Assembly: GCF_006345805.1 (NCBI RefSeq) | Contig: NC_043003.1 | Location: 11,842,001 to 11,906,000 of the forward strand | Length of the DNA stretch: 64,000 nucleotides | Reading direction: 5' to 3' | From: Octopus sinensis | Lineage: Eukaryota | Part shown: positions 37,076-49,520 of the stretch, piece after piece | How the letters are laid out: each line of letters starts with the position of its first letter | Position numbering within the stretch: the first letter of the stretch is position 1 | The notes under the pieces: generated by a model | Told to the model about the DNA's origin: nothing | Seen by the model: the letters and a program-made list of their open reading frames with translations, nothing else | Database searches by the model: none | Made by a program: the position numbers and the translations under genes

Positions 37076-38040
37076 TAGATAGATAGATATACAGATAGGC
37101 AGACAGATAGATAGATATTTACAGGTAAAAAAAAAAGTAATTATGATGAAGGCGAAAGAAAAGAAGAAAGTAGATTGTGAGAGGTAGGATCACGGGACTG
37201 GGATGGGTGGGAAGATGCATATATATATATCTAATGTGAATAACAATAACAAAAAAAAACAAGGAGACAAAACTCTATCAGGAAGTCAAGCAGCAAACAG
37301 GTAGAAGCGACAGGAAGTACAAGTAAAGTAATGACGACAATAGATCTGAGAAGGATTAAGAACAAAGAGTCTTTGGGCATTAAACGTTGTCAAGGAAGCG
37401 TTTCTATGTATTTCTCTCCGTTATTTCCTTATTTTTCCTTCGTTTTCTTTCTTCTCTTTCATTCTTTTTTTTGTGTTTCTTTATTTATTATTTTTTTTTT
37501 TTTTGTTTTTTCCCCTTTCTTTCTTTTCGTGAGTTTTTCTTCTTCCTCTGAAAAGAAAAACAGGATTAGAGTCTCCGCTGTTCGTGCTTTGCAGGTTTGT
37601 CATATACGTGGTGTGTGTTGGTGGTTGTGGTGGTGGTGGTGTGTGGTGGCGGTGATGTGTGTGTGTGTGTGTGTGTGTGTGTAGGTGCGTATCGTTGGGT
37701 ATCTATGTATGAGTTCATACATATATATATGAAATATGAATGTACGTATTTATATATACCTCCTTGTGAATATATATATTCACATACATACATACATACA
37801 TGTGTGTGTAAACGTGTGTGTGTATATATATAGATAGATATGCGTGTATATATATATATATATGTATATATATATAATACATATTACCTCCATTTTCTAT
37901 ATATAAATATAAATATAAATATATTTATATATATAAAATGAAGGTAATATGTATTATATATATACGTGTATATATATATATTTATATCTATAATATACAG
38001 CCATACATACCACACACACATACACACACACACACACACA

Positions 38041-38092
<52 letters not shown>

Positions 38093-38204
38093 AGTGTACG
38101 TAATGCGCGGATATATTCATCATTCATGTAATGTTCACACACACACACATACACACACACACACACATACACACATGCTCACGCGCGCACATACCAACCT
38201 ACGC

Positions 38205-38599
38205 AAATAATCTCCTGACCACCTGCCTGTATATAAATCTTGTTTGTTTGATGAAACAACACAAAACGCAGAATTAAAATCAAACTCCAACAGTTTCAAA
38301 CAACTCAGGTTTTTCTTATTTATTATTCAAAGAAACGTGGTGCCGTGTGTTTTGTCTTCTGTTCAAAAGTAATGGTACAAGGGTTCGAGTAACAGGTAAG
38401 TCAAAGAGGAAACGTGAAAAATCCTGTTTCCTTTCTTTCTTTCTTTCTCACGCTCTCTATTTTTGTGTGGTGTGTGTGTGTGTGTGTACGTGTATATGCT
38501 ACCCACATAACGCTACAGAGTGCGTAGAAAAATCATACTAAATGGGTTGATAGCTGCACGTTATATAAGATATATATATACATATATATATATAATATC

Positions 38600-38630
<31 letters not shown>

Positions 38631-39051
38631 TATATATATATATATATATACATACACACATGTACACACACACACACACTATATATCTATATATATAAAA
38701 GGCAAAATGTCTGTCTGTCGGTGTGTATCCTTTATACAAATCCACAATTTTTCAATTAGAGGGCTCGCACTTTCTATGGTCATTCAAAACCGCTCAAGGA
38801 TGGTCGTGCACATCTTTACATTTCCCCAGTCACCCCGCAATAGAAAAAATCAATAGAAGTGACATTTTTGTGAATATTCTATCCAAAACCCAATCAAAAT
38901 GTCCGAAACTTGATACGTCAATTGAATGCCAGCTAGCTGTATGTGATTGTCGGAGATTTGGAGAGTACTCGCGTGTATGTGCGCACGCGCGCAGCTGTAT
39001 ATGCATGCACTAGCACTATGACCCGGCCGTCTTTGCCGGGTCATAGTGCTA

Positions 39052-39094
<43 letters not shown>

Positions 39095-39220
39095 TATATA
39101 ATGGTGAATCCAAACATGAAAATACAAAGAGAAAACACAACAACGCGAGGACGTGGAACAAGTATAGTGTTATTGAACGCTCAGGAAAGGAAAGAAAGAA
39201 GGAGGATTTAACGTTTCGAG
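38205..39220 (+). repeat. Local duplication, copy 1
   Basis: Near-identical to 40176-41178. Confidence 0.92.
38686..39052 (+). mobile_element. Non-autonomous Helitron with long terminal hairpin
   Basis: 5' TCTATATATATAAAAGGCAAAATGTCTGTCTGT; 3' CTAGCACTATGACCCGGC-7nt-GCCGGGTCATAGTGCTAG then T. Confidence 0.78.
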
Positions 39221-39310
39221 CGGAGCTCTTCGTCAGAAACATAAGAAAAGGAAAGATCCAAGGAAGGAAAGACGGAGGAAAAACTCGCCAACGATACACA
39301 CGCGGTCACA
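39102..39310 (-). mobile_element. About 210-bp hammerhead-carrying element (family F; Penelope pLTR-like)
   Basis: Minus strand TTT-CTGACGA-AGAGCTCCGCTC-GAAAC-GTT-AAA at 39204-39240; related copies at 41060, 54640, 56448. Confidence 0.65.
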
Positions 39311-39323
39311 CACACACACACCA

Positions 39324-39382
<59 letters not shown>

Positions 39383-39389
39383 CGTGAAG

Positions 39390-39868
39390 TATATTTGCCA
39401 CCTAAATGTGGTTAACCCTTAAGAGTCGATGCTACTGTAGGTTGTAGCCCCAAGAAGACATCTTCTCCCACTGGCTATTGACACACTCTCTGTGCCCTAT
39501 CAGTATTTGCAAAGGGAAGCCATCATTTCCATCTCCAGCCTGACATGATACACACGGACCTGAGTTTCTGGGTATTGACCCGTCATCAGCGTGTGACAAC
39601 CACCGGTTGGCGATGGGAAGTGATTCTCAATGCAAATATATATACTTTTTCTGGTGACGAAAAGTCACTGATCTCGGAAAAGTGGAAACAAGCAATAATA
39701 CATCTCTGAGCATGATAGAAACAGTTGCAGCACGATGACTTCCCTTTGCAAATACTGATAGGACACAGAGAGTGTGTCAATTACCAGCTGGAGGAGATGT
39801 TTTCTTGGGGCTACAAGCTACAGTAGCATCGACCCTTAAGGGTTAGCCACATGTAGGTAGCAAATATA
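39390..39868. mobile_element. Fold-back element with arms of about 140 bp enclosing a hammerhead
   Basis: 39390-39530 is a diverged reverse complement of 39730-39868; TA at both outer ends. Confidence 0.8.
39551..39595 (-). ncRNA. Minimal type I hammerhead ribozyme motif
   Basis: CACACG-CTGATGA-CGGGT caat ACCCA-GAAAC-TCAG-GTC-CGTGTG: 6-bp stem I, 4-bp stem II plus one mismatch, GUC triplet. Confidence 0.75.
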
Positions 39869-39922
39869 TATTATATAGGTGAAAAAGTATATACGTTTCG
39901 AGCCTACGCTCCTCAACAGAAA

Positions 39923-39968
<46 letters not shown>

Positions 39969-40041
39969 TATAATATAAAGGAAAGTTTACGAAAATAAAC
40001 AAAAGACGAAGACAGGTGGTGTACAAAACAACAGATGTATA

Positions 40042-40086
<45 letters not shown>

Positions 40087-40175
40087 ACATAAAATTATGT
40101 CAGCAGGATCAGTGACGAAAAATAGTGCTCAATACTGTTACATAGATATTGCCCTAGTAACGTATGTTACTAGGG

Positions 40176-40556
40176 CAATAATCTCCTGACCACCTGCCTG
40201 TATATAAATCTTGTTTGTTTGATGAAACAACACAAAACGCAGAATTAAAATCAAACTCCAACAGTTTCAAACAACTCAGGTTTTTCTTATTTATTATTCA
40301 AAGAAACGTGGTGCCGTGTGTTTTGTCTTCTGTTCAAAAGTAATGGTACAAGGGTTCGAGTAACAGGTAAGTCAAAGAGGAAACGTGAAAAATCCTGTTT
40401 CCTTTCTTCTTTCTTTCTCACGCTCTCTATTTCTGTGTGTGTGTGTGGTGTGTGTGTACGTGGTATATGCTACCCACAACGCTACAGAGTGCGTAGAAAA
40501 TCATACTAAATGGGTTGATAGCTGCACGTTATATGATATGTATATATACCTATATA

Positions 40557-40608
<52 letters not shown>

Positions 40609-41178
40609 CATACACACATGTACACACGCACACACACACATATATATCTATATATATAAAAGGCAAAATGTCTGTCTGTCTGTGTGTGTATCCTTTATAC
40701 AAATCCACAATTTTTCAATTAGAGGGCTCGCACTTTCTATGGTCATTCAAAACCGCTCAAGGATGGTCGTGCACATCTTTACATTTCCCCAGTCACCCCG
40801 CAATAGAAAAAATCAATAGAAGTGACATTTTTGTGAATATTCTATCCAAAACCCAATCAAAATGTCCGAAACTTGATACGTCAATTGAATGCCAGCTAGC
40901 TGTATGTGATTGGTCGGAGATTTGGAGAGTACTCGCGTGTATGTGCGCACGCGCGCAGCTGTATATGCATGCACTAGCACTATGACCCGCGTTGCCGGGT
41001 CATAGTGCTATTATTTATAGATATATATATATATATATATATAATATATATATATATATATTGTTAATCCAAACATGAAAATACAAAGAGGAAACACAAC
41101 AACGCGAGACGTGGAACAAGTATAGTGTTATTGAACGCTCAGGAAAGGAAAGAAAGAAGGAGGATTTAACGTTTCGAG
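40176..41178 (+). repeat. Local duplication, copy 2 (third partial copy 41173-41372)
   Basis: Near-identical to 38205-39220; re-entry at shared TTCGAG. Confidence 0.92.
40647..41011 (+). mobile_element. Duplicated copy of Helitron 38686-39052
   Basis: Same ends; hairpin loop shortened, CTAG changed to CTAT. Confidence 0.75.
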
Positions 41179-41877
41179 TAACAGGTAAGTCAAAGAGGAA
41201 ACGTGAAAAATCCTGTTTCCTTTCTTTCTTTCTTTCTCACGCTCTCTATTTCCGTGTGTGTGTGTGTGTGTGTACGTGTATATGCTACCCACATAACGCT
41301 ACAGAGTGCGTAGAAAAATCATACTAAATGGGTTGATAGCTGCACGTTATATGATATATATATATACATATACATAAGATTTATATACAGGCAGGTGGTC
41401 AGGATATTATTGCCCTAATAACGTATGTTTAGAGAGATTGTTATGGGCCGCGTAACAGAATCGAACGAAACGGAGCAAGTTTGATGAGATATAGAGTGAA
41501 GCAATAGTATTTATCAAAGGTTAAGTCAGACTGAATCCATACCCTCAGTTTCACGCTTCCAATCTTCGGGTGACTAACAATGTGAATTAATTAAAAGAGG
41601 CTTGCCGCACGATATTAAATATGTTAGTCTCGACTGTACTGTTCGAGTTCCATACTGCATGCGTTCATCAGTATTTTTTTACCTACGCATTTTATATTTA
41701 TTTCAGTTCTTAAGTACGCATACATATATTTCAGAAGCATGGATAAAATCTTTTAGTTTTGTTTCAAGATTTCTTGTTAACGAAGAAACAGCTGGTTTCT
41801 AACCGAGATCGAAACCCCTCCATCGGATTTTCAGCATCAACAGCGTAGTTGTGCATAGTGTATGAGCAGATCTCATA

Positions 41878-42240
41878 CACAGTTCGGTCCCACTGCGCGG
41901 CACCTTGGGCAAGTGTCTTCTACTATAGCCTCGGAACCACTAATACCTTGTGAATAAATTTGGTAGACAGAAACTGAAAACATCCCGTTGTATATACGTA
42001 TATATATATGTATGCGTGTGCATATGTTTATGTGGCTGCGTTTGTCACCCCAACATCACTTGACAATCGATGGTGGTATGTTTACGTCCCCGTAACTTAG
42101 CGGTTCGGCAAAAAAGACCGGTAGAATAAGTACTAGGCTTACAAAGAATAAGTCCTGTGGTCGATTTGCTCGACTAAAGGCGATGCTCCAGCATGGCCGC
42201 TGTCAAATGACTGAAGCAAGTGAAAGAGCAAAAGAGTATG
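41878..42240 (+). mobile_element. SINE-A, 5'-truncated
   Basis: Body, tract and tail match. Confidence 0.82.
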
Positions 42241-42759
42241 ATTTGCTTTATGTATGTATACCTATACATACAGTTGCATGTCTAGATACGTGCATATATA
42301 CTTTTATGCTAAACTTTTGGTAAGTTTTACATACTTTGACAGTTCCATTCATTGCTTGTATATGTAGTCTTCATTCTTGTGCTTGTATGCATGGATATGT
42401 ATATGCTTATAATTAAAATAATGAGACAAAGAAATCTTTTAACACATCTTTAATGATTCGTTACAATTGTTTCTGCACCAACTATTCTTGCAACGCCAGT
42501 TTACTCAAAATTTGAAGTGAAAATTTACGCAACGTTTAGAGTTTTCGACATTAGAGTAGCACTTCATCAGACTTGCATCTTACATATGCTACACCCACAC
42601 AATGGTTTTACCATTGTGAAACCAGGATTTTCTACACTTGAAGAATTTCGGTATTAGACTGGAATCCGACATTGCTGATAGCTCAGAACTCGGGTTGAGT
42701 ACTTTTCTGGAAATAACCTACATTCATATCCAGCAGGTCTTAATACATACAAACACACA

Positions 42760-42858
<99 letters not shown>

Positions 42859-43273
42859 ACATATATATATATAGAACTAAATAAATAATATTTTTATAAA
42901 CAAACCCGAAAGGGTTTATACTATAAAGTTTATACTATCTAAGAGCGTAGGCTCGAAACGTAAAAGACTTTCTCACTTCCCGAGCGTTAAACTAATACAT
43001 CTGTTTGTTGTTTAAACACCCGTCTTCGTCTTTTGTTTTTTTTTTGTAAATTCTCACTATATGTATGTATATATATATATATATATGTATATAATATATA
43101 TATATATATATTATATATAGGTAAACAGTAAAATATAATTACAGACATGGACAAGAACATGAAACACCACAGAGACGACACAAGAACCACAGGACGGGAC
43201 ATTCGAAGCCCTCAGTCATCAGTCAAGAACCAGATCATCTTAGCAATTTCGGCTGATTAATCTTGAGATTAAT

Positions 43274-43344
<71 letters not shown>

Positions 43345-44000
43345 ATATGTATGATGTATTATGTATGTGTGTGTTTTTATATAAATGCATACATGCATAT
43401 ATACATATCTGCATATATATTTAGAGATATAGATATATGCATTCATGAATGTGTGTGTGTGTGTGTGTGTGCTTGCGTGTGACTGCGTGTGTGTGTTTGC
43501 GTGTGACTGCGTGTGTGTGTATGCGGGTAGGTGTCTCCTTGTGCAGGCGCACGCGCATTATATCGTTATATCGACTCTTAACGAAGGAGCGTTTTTGATC
43601 AAAGCCAGTTGAAAGTGGCAAGTCTTCTTTAATATTACTCATAAAGACCTAAATGGATACATACACGCACGCACAAACACATCCACACACACGCCCACAC
43701 ACACACACACACACGCGCACGCACACATGCATAGGGACACACTTAGACACACGCACGCACATACGAGGGACAGTCACATCCACAGATGCTGGTATTAAAC
43801 AGAGATAATGAGATATAAATGTTTTAATAGCAATGCAAAATAATAAAAAATCCATGCACTTCCTGTTTAATAGTGTCATGCCTCGCATACGTTATATCCA
43901 ACGATGTCTCCATATATATAGTCATAACTACACGCAAACATGAACATATATGCTTGTATGCATCTCTCTCTCTCTCTGTGCATTTATATATATATATATA

Positions 44001-44277
44001 TGGCCCAGTGGTTAGGGCAGCGGACTCGCGGTCGTAGGATCGCGGTTTCGATTCCCAGACCGGGCGTTGTGAGTGTTTATTGAGCAAGTTCTACGAGGCT
44101 CCGGCAGGGAGTGGTGATCCCTGTTGTACTCTTTCACCACTCTTTCTCCCACTCTTCTTCTGTTGGCCTGCTCGCTTAGCCAGCGGGGTGGCGTCATTCG
44201 AAGGCTAAAACAATGCGAGCGCATTGTGACCAGCGATGTGTAAACACAACTGTCTGATGTCTGGTCAGTCACGTGAT
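44001..44277 (+). mobile_element. SINE-D
   Basis: Head TGGCCCAGTGGTTAGGGCAGCGGACTCGCGG, full D tail. Confidence 0.85.
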
Positions 44278-44283
44278 AATATA

Positions 44284-44320
<37 letters not shown>

Positions 44321-44343
44321 TGTATGTATGTGTGTGTGTGTGT

Positions 44344-44586
44344 GGAGGCGCAATGGGCCAGTGGTTAGGGCAGCGGACTCGCGGTCGTAGGATCGCAGTT
44401 TCGATTCTCAGACCGGGCGTTGTGAGTGTTTATTGAGCGAAAACACCTAAAGCTCCACAAGGCTCCGGCAAGGGGTGGTGGCGATCCCTGCTGTACTCTT
44501 TCGCTGCAATTTTCTCTCACTGTTGGCTTGCGTCATTTGTGGCCAGCGATGTGTAGCAACATCTGATAGCCTGGTCGGTCACGTGT
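44344..44586 (+). mobile_element. SINE-D with internal deletion
   Basis: Complete head, shortened body, D tail. Confidence 0.85.
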
Positions 44587-45004
44587 ATATATATATACAC
44601 ACATACACATACACACAATAGAACATAACATAATGTAATATATATGTGTGCGTGTGTGTGTGTGTTTGTGTGTCTCCGTGTTTATATATTTATGTATACG
44701 TATCGACTCAACTGGCGGTGTCCCAACATGGCCACAGCCTTGGGACTGAAACATGTAATAGTTTAAGAGAACATGTATATTGCCAGAAACAGCTGTAAGA
44801 TATTTTCCCAATTTCTATTCCTCTAATTACTGGTATCTTTATATATTTTATCTGTAAAGCATAATATGTTATACATGTATGGATATTCTTGTAATTGTCA
44901 TTTTAGTAAATGAATAAATAAATACCTTGACATAATATAACGTCTAAAAGTTGATCTCCATTTTCTTATTGCTCTCCCCACCCTCCCTCTCTTTATATAT
45001 ATAT

Positions 45005-45053
<49 letters not shown>

Positions 45054-45059
<6 letters not shown>

Positions 45060-45142
45060 AGCGCTACCAATAGTTTCATGCGTTGATATACTCAAACATA
45101 TTCGCAGGCGCAGCATATGAAACTATTAGTAGCGCTTAAATA
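45054..45142. repeat. 89-nt hairpin (26-bp arms, one mismatch)
   Basis: TATTTAAGCGCTACCAATAGTTTCAT ... ATGAAACTATTAGTAGCGCTTAAATA. Confidence 0.85.
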
Positions 45143-45248
45143 CATGCATTCCGTCCTTTAAATAAATAACATTTATCTCTCACCAGATGGAGTACTTTTT
45201 TACTAAATTTTCTATCACGGAACGGAACAGTATATTACATATATATAT

Positions 45249-45293
<45 letters not shown>

Positions 45294-45309
45294 ATATTAT
45301 ATATATATA

Positions 45310-45352
<43 letters not shown>

Positions 45353-45933
45353 AATATATTATATATATATATATATATGTATAATATATATATGTGTATA
45401 TATATGTGTATATGTATTGTATATAGTATATGTATATGTATATATGTATATGTATCTGTATATATGTATATGTATATATATATATATGTATATATATATA
45501 TGTATATGTATATATATATGTATATGTATATATGTATATGTATATATATATATGTATATATATATGGAAAAAAGTCAAGATAGAAAATGCTAAAATAATT
45601 TTCTAATAAACATTTCAGTACCGGTTTCAGTCATTGAGACTTTTTCAACTGTAACAATTAAATAATTAAATTTAGGAAAAGTAAAAGAAAAGTTCTTTTA
45701 AAAGAATATTTGTATAGTGTTCAAATACAAGGAGCATTTTCCTTGTTTCTGCGTGTCTCTGTCTCTCTTGTTTACTCATGTGGGTTCGAGGCCGTTGTGA
45801 ATTATTAGAAAAAGGAGAAAAAGAAGAAGGAGGAGGAGGAGGAGGAGAAGGGGAAGAAGAAGAAGAGGAAGAAGAATTTGGGAGTGCCATGATAGTACTA
45901 TTTTGAATGGTCAGTGGATGGTAGCAGTCGCTG

Positions 45934-45966
<33 letters not shown>

Positions 45967-46268
45967 TATATATATTAATATTATATATATATATATATAT
46001 ATAAAGAGTAAATGATGTATAAGGAAAGGAAAAAATTGTAAGTGGTGACGAAATTTAATTCAATTCAAATCCAAAGTGCTACAGATCTAATATACATTCT
46101 ACAAATTGCTTCGGAGTCTAATCAATTGCAAAGACAACGACGAAAAACTCTTCATGAAATACAAATTAGATTCCTCGTCGAGAATTACATAATGGTATGA
46201 ATAATTATGATCAACAAAAATGTTCAAAGACCTTTCGTATATATGAAAAAAATAGAGATTAATTACAC

Positions 46269-46479
46269 GACATCACCAACGTGCGAAAAATACGTAAATA
46301 CACAACGAGAGACAAGTACGAAGCAAAATAACAATAGAAGTCTAACAGCTCGTCAGTTAGCACGAAACAGGTAGTAATAAACAGTCGGCAACTGAGGAGG
46401 AGTCAGACTTCTTTTGGTATTTTGTCCCATGCTTGTCTCTCGTTATGTGTTTTCGTATTTTTCGCTCGTTGGTGATATC
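46269..46479. repeat. Diverged inverted repeat (arms about 90 bp, 31-nt spacer) with hammerhead-core-like inner ends
   Basis: 46269-46358 pairs with 46390-46479; inner ends read AACTGACGAG / AACTGAGGAG. Confidence 0.75.
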
Positions 46480-46720
46480 CTGTATTTAATGTGCATTTTT
46501 TTTCATTTATATATAGTGTAAAAAGATATTAGACATCGCTGCTCGGGTACCGTTTCTTTGATGACTTTGCCCACCTTATGACCAAGTACTATCTTATCCT
46601 GAGTATCTTTCGCATGTTCATTTGTTCATCCCATTTTTTTTTCTGACACATATCGATGCACGTTTATGCATTCACATACATACATACATACATACAAGTT
46701 GTGTTTATTTATATATGTAT

Positions 46721-46753
<33 letters not shown>

Positions 46754-46754
46754 T

Positions 46755-46793
<39 letters not shown>

Positions 46794-46794
46794 A

Positions 46795-47302
46795 CTAGCA
46801 GTATCGCCCGGCGTTGCTCGGGTTTGTAAGGGAAATAACTATATAAGCATTTTTAGAGAGTTACTCCCTTATAGATGCCATTCGGGCTTTCTTAGCCATT
46901 TCTCTTTTGGTGTCTTCAAGCCATGAAGTCGTTGTTCTAAAGAACGCTGGTCTCCTTGACAACGCTTTACGACGTTGATTTCCTTACACTCCCTTCCCAC
47001 AGCTTCACGAGGGAGGGAAGAGGGGGAGAAGCAAACAGGTGCAGCTGTGAGCGTGGACGCCAACTCCGCCGCCATCGACACACGAAAAATTATGCATTAA
47101 AATGGAATAAAAAATGATGTTAAATTATTTTTAAAATCGTAGACTCATCGTAGACGCGCGCTAATACTCAGACGGGCTCGATATGAATCACGACTATAAG
47201 ATACCCGAATTTGGTTAAACTGCACCGCAAAATGTGGGAGTAGTTAGGAATCTAAATCGAAGGGGACAGACACTCACACAACTACAGTTTTATATATATA
47301 GA
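46795..47302 (-). mobile_element. Non-autonomous Helitron
   Basis: Minus strand A|TCTATATATATAAAACTG... and 3' CCCGAGCAACGCCGGG-CGATACTG-CTAG|T; 3' end resembles 23210-23239. Confidence 0.82.
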
Positions 47303-47644
47303 TATATATATACGTGTATATGTGTATGTATATATGAACATATATACGTATATAAAAACGCATACGCACACGCTTACATATATATGCGTGTGTATGTGTT
47401 CGTGTGCGGTGTGTGTGTATTTATATATACATATATATAAAAGGAAATAATGCACCACCATTTTAGAAATGTATTCTTCCATGCAGCTAAATATAACATG
47501 AATCATACATGAGAAAGGAAACGAATATGTATGGACGTCTAACAAAAAGTTTCAAACTTCTTTCTCTCCCACCTCTCTCTCTCTATCTGTACATAATACA
47601 TCCATCCATCCTTCCATACATACATACATACATACATACATACA

Positions 47645-47676
<32 letters not shown>

Positions 47677-48066
47677 GAATTAGTAAGAAGAGCATCGAAG
47701 GACGACAAAAAACCCCCCAAAAACGCCAAAGTCCCAGAAGACGTGGATATGGTCTATTCGTTATAAATGCACTGGGACAACAGATAGAAATATCATCGAA
47801 ACACAAATGATGTCAATGAAGGTGTGTCAGCGTTGATTCGCTAATTGCAAGTCTAATTCACTCGTTATGATGTCAGAATATTCAGTAAATTCCGAACGAT
47901 TAATTTCCATCAGGTCATCTTACTGTGTTATACAACGTAGAAGCCTTTCTTATTGTTGTTTGACCTACTAGAAGTCTTGCAAGCCTTCCCAAATTCCCAA
48001 GCTTTCTACAAGCCTGTTACTATAAATATCACACAACCTTCCTTCAATATATATATATATATATAT

Positions 48067-48352
48067 AACAATAATTGAGGAACGACCACAATAGGCCGTT
48101 CGACCCACTAGAAATAGCAGCCAGGGCTCCAACCGCAAATAGTAGTAATTCCGAAATCTAAGGAAAAATAAAAAAATTTATTTTATTTTTTATTTTATTT
48201 ATTTTATTTTTTTTATTTTTATATATTTTTATTTTTTATTTTTATTTTTATTTTTCCTTAGATTTCGGAATTACTACTATTTGCGGTTGGAGCCCTGGCT
48301 GCTATTTCTAGTGGGTCGAACGGCCTATTGTGGTCGTTCCTCAATTGTTGTT
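48067..48352. repeat. Near-perfect inverted repeat (arms about 105 bp, T-rich spacer)
   Basis: 48067-48174 is the reverse complement of about 48246-48352 with one visible mismatch near the outer end. Confidence 0.95.
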
Positions 48353-48446
48353 GAATTTATTTATAGTCTCTGACTATTTCCTCTTTCTCACTAGACCGCT
48401 GGTGGCAAAATAATTTCTATTGAATTTTTTGCTACCCTAAATTGAT

Positions 48447-48477
<31 letters not shown>

Positions 48478-48584
48478 GCTAAGCGACTTTCATTCATACT
48501 TTGAATCTGGCGGTACTTACATTAGCGGCCGTTACATTGAAGGAGTCATTCGAATGTTTTAGTACCTTCGGATTATTACAGAAA

Positions 48585-48674
48585 ATCCATACTGAAGAGG
48601 AATGTGGTTAGTAAAGTTTATATTTTTGGATATTCTTTATTTAAAACCTGATTCCGAAACGCGCGTCTATGGAT
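48585..48674 (+). ncRNA. Type I hammerhead ribozyme motif, intact
   Basis: ATCCATA-CTGAAGA-GGAAT...ATTCC-GAAAC-GCGC-GTC-TATGGAT: 7-bp stem I, 5-bp stem II base, palindromic stem III loop; predicted cleavage after C48667. Confidence 0.85.
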
Positions 48675-48954
48675 AATCGGATATTGATTGATTTTCGTTA
48701 CGTTACCCTCTGCCTGGATGAATAAGATTCAAGTATTATGGTTTCTCTATAGACTTTTTTAAGTAGAAGAAATGGCTTAGATTTTGGCTGCTATTTCTGA
48801 ACTTCGGTATGTGGTGATGCATTCCTTTGCTGATCCCTTAATATTAGTATTACTAGAATTTACCGTATAACGGTCCTGTTTTCATACCGAATTCTACTTG
48901 GTGAAATTTATTGATTACTTCGTAATTAATTAGTTTTACCCTTAATTGATATTG

Positions 48955-48990
<36 letters not shown>

Positions 48991-49107
48991 ATATGTGTGT
49001 GTTTTGCTAATGTCCCTGTATTGTATTTCATACAAGGGAAATTATGATACAGAAGAAAAAATTTTTTTTTTTAAATTATCCATATTTTATCATTTTTGTG
49101 TCCCATA

Positions 49108-49520
49108 TAGGCGCAGGAGTGGCTGTGTGGTAAGTAGCTTGCTAACCAACTACATGGATCCGGGTTCAGTCCCACTGCGTGGCATCTTGGGCAAATGTCT
49201 TCTGCTATAGCCCCGGGCCGACCAATGCCTTGTGAGTGGATTTGGTAGACGGAAACTGAAAGAAGCCTGTCGTATATATGTATATATATATGTGTGTATG
49301 TGTTTGTGTGTCTGTGTTTGACCCCCTAGCATTGCTTGACAACCGATGCTGGTGTGTTTACGTCCCCGTCACTTAGCGGTTCGGCAAAAGAGACCGATAG
49401 AATAAGTACTGGGCTTACAAAGAATAAGTCCCGAGGTCGATTTGCTCGACTAAAAAGGCGGTGCTCCAGCATGGCCGCAGTCAGTTGACTGAAACAAGTA
49501 AAAGAGTAAAAGAGTAAGAG
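49108..49520 (+). mobile_element. SINE-A, full length
   Basis: All modules, (TAAAAGAG)n tail. Confidence 0.92.

Noticed and set aside
39412-39845. piggyBac-type MITE (TTAA followed by CCCTT)
   Set aside because: The inverted similarity extends more than 20 bp beyond the TTAA, and the right side reads TTAG.
43754-43892. Mariner-like MITE starting TACGAGGG
   Set aside because: The putative right TIR matches only a few bases.
47678-47766. Protein-like [26 protein letters not shown] after (CATA)n
   Set aside because: No polypyrimidine tract at the only candidate acceptor; too short to separate from chance.
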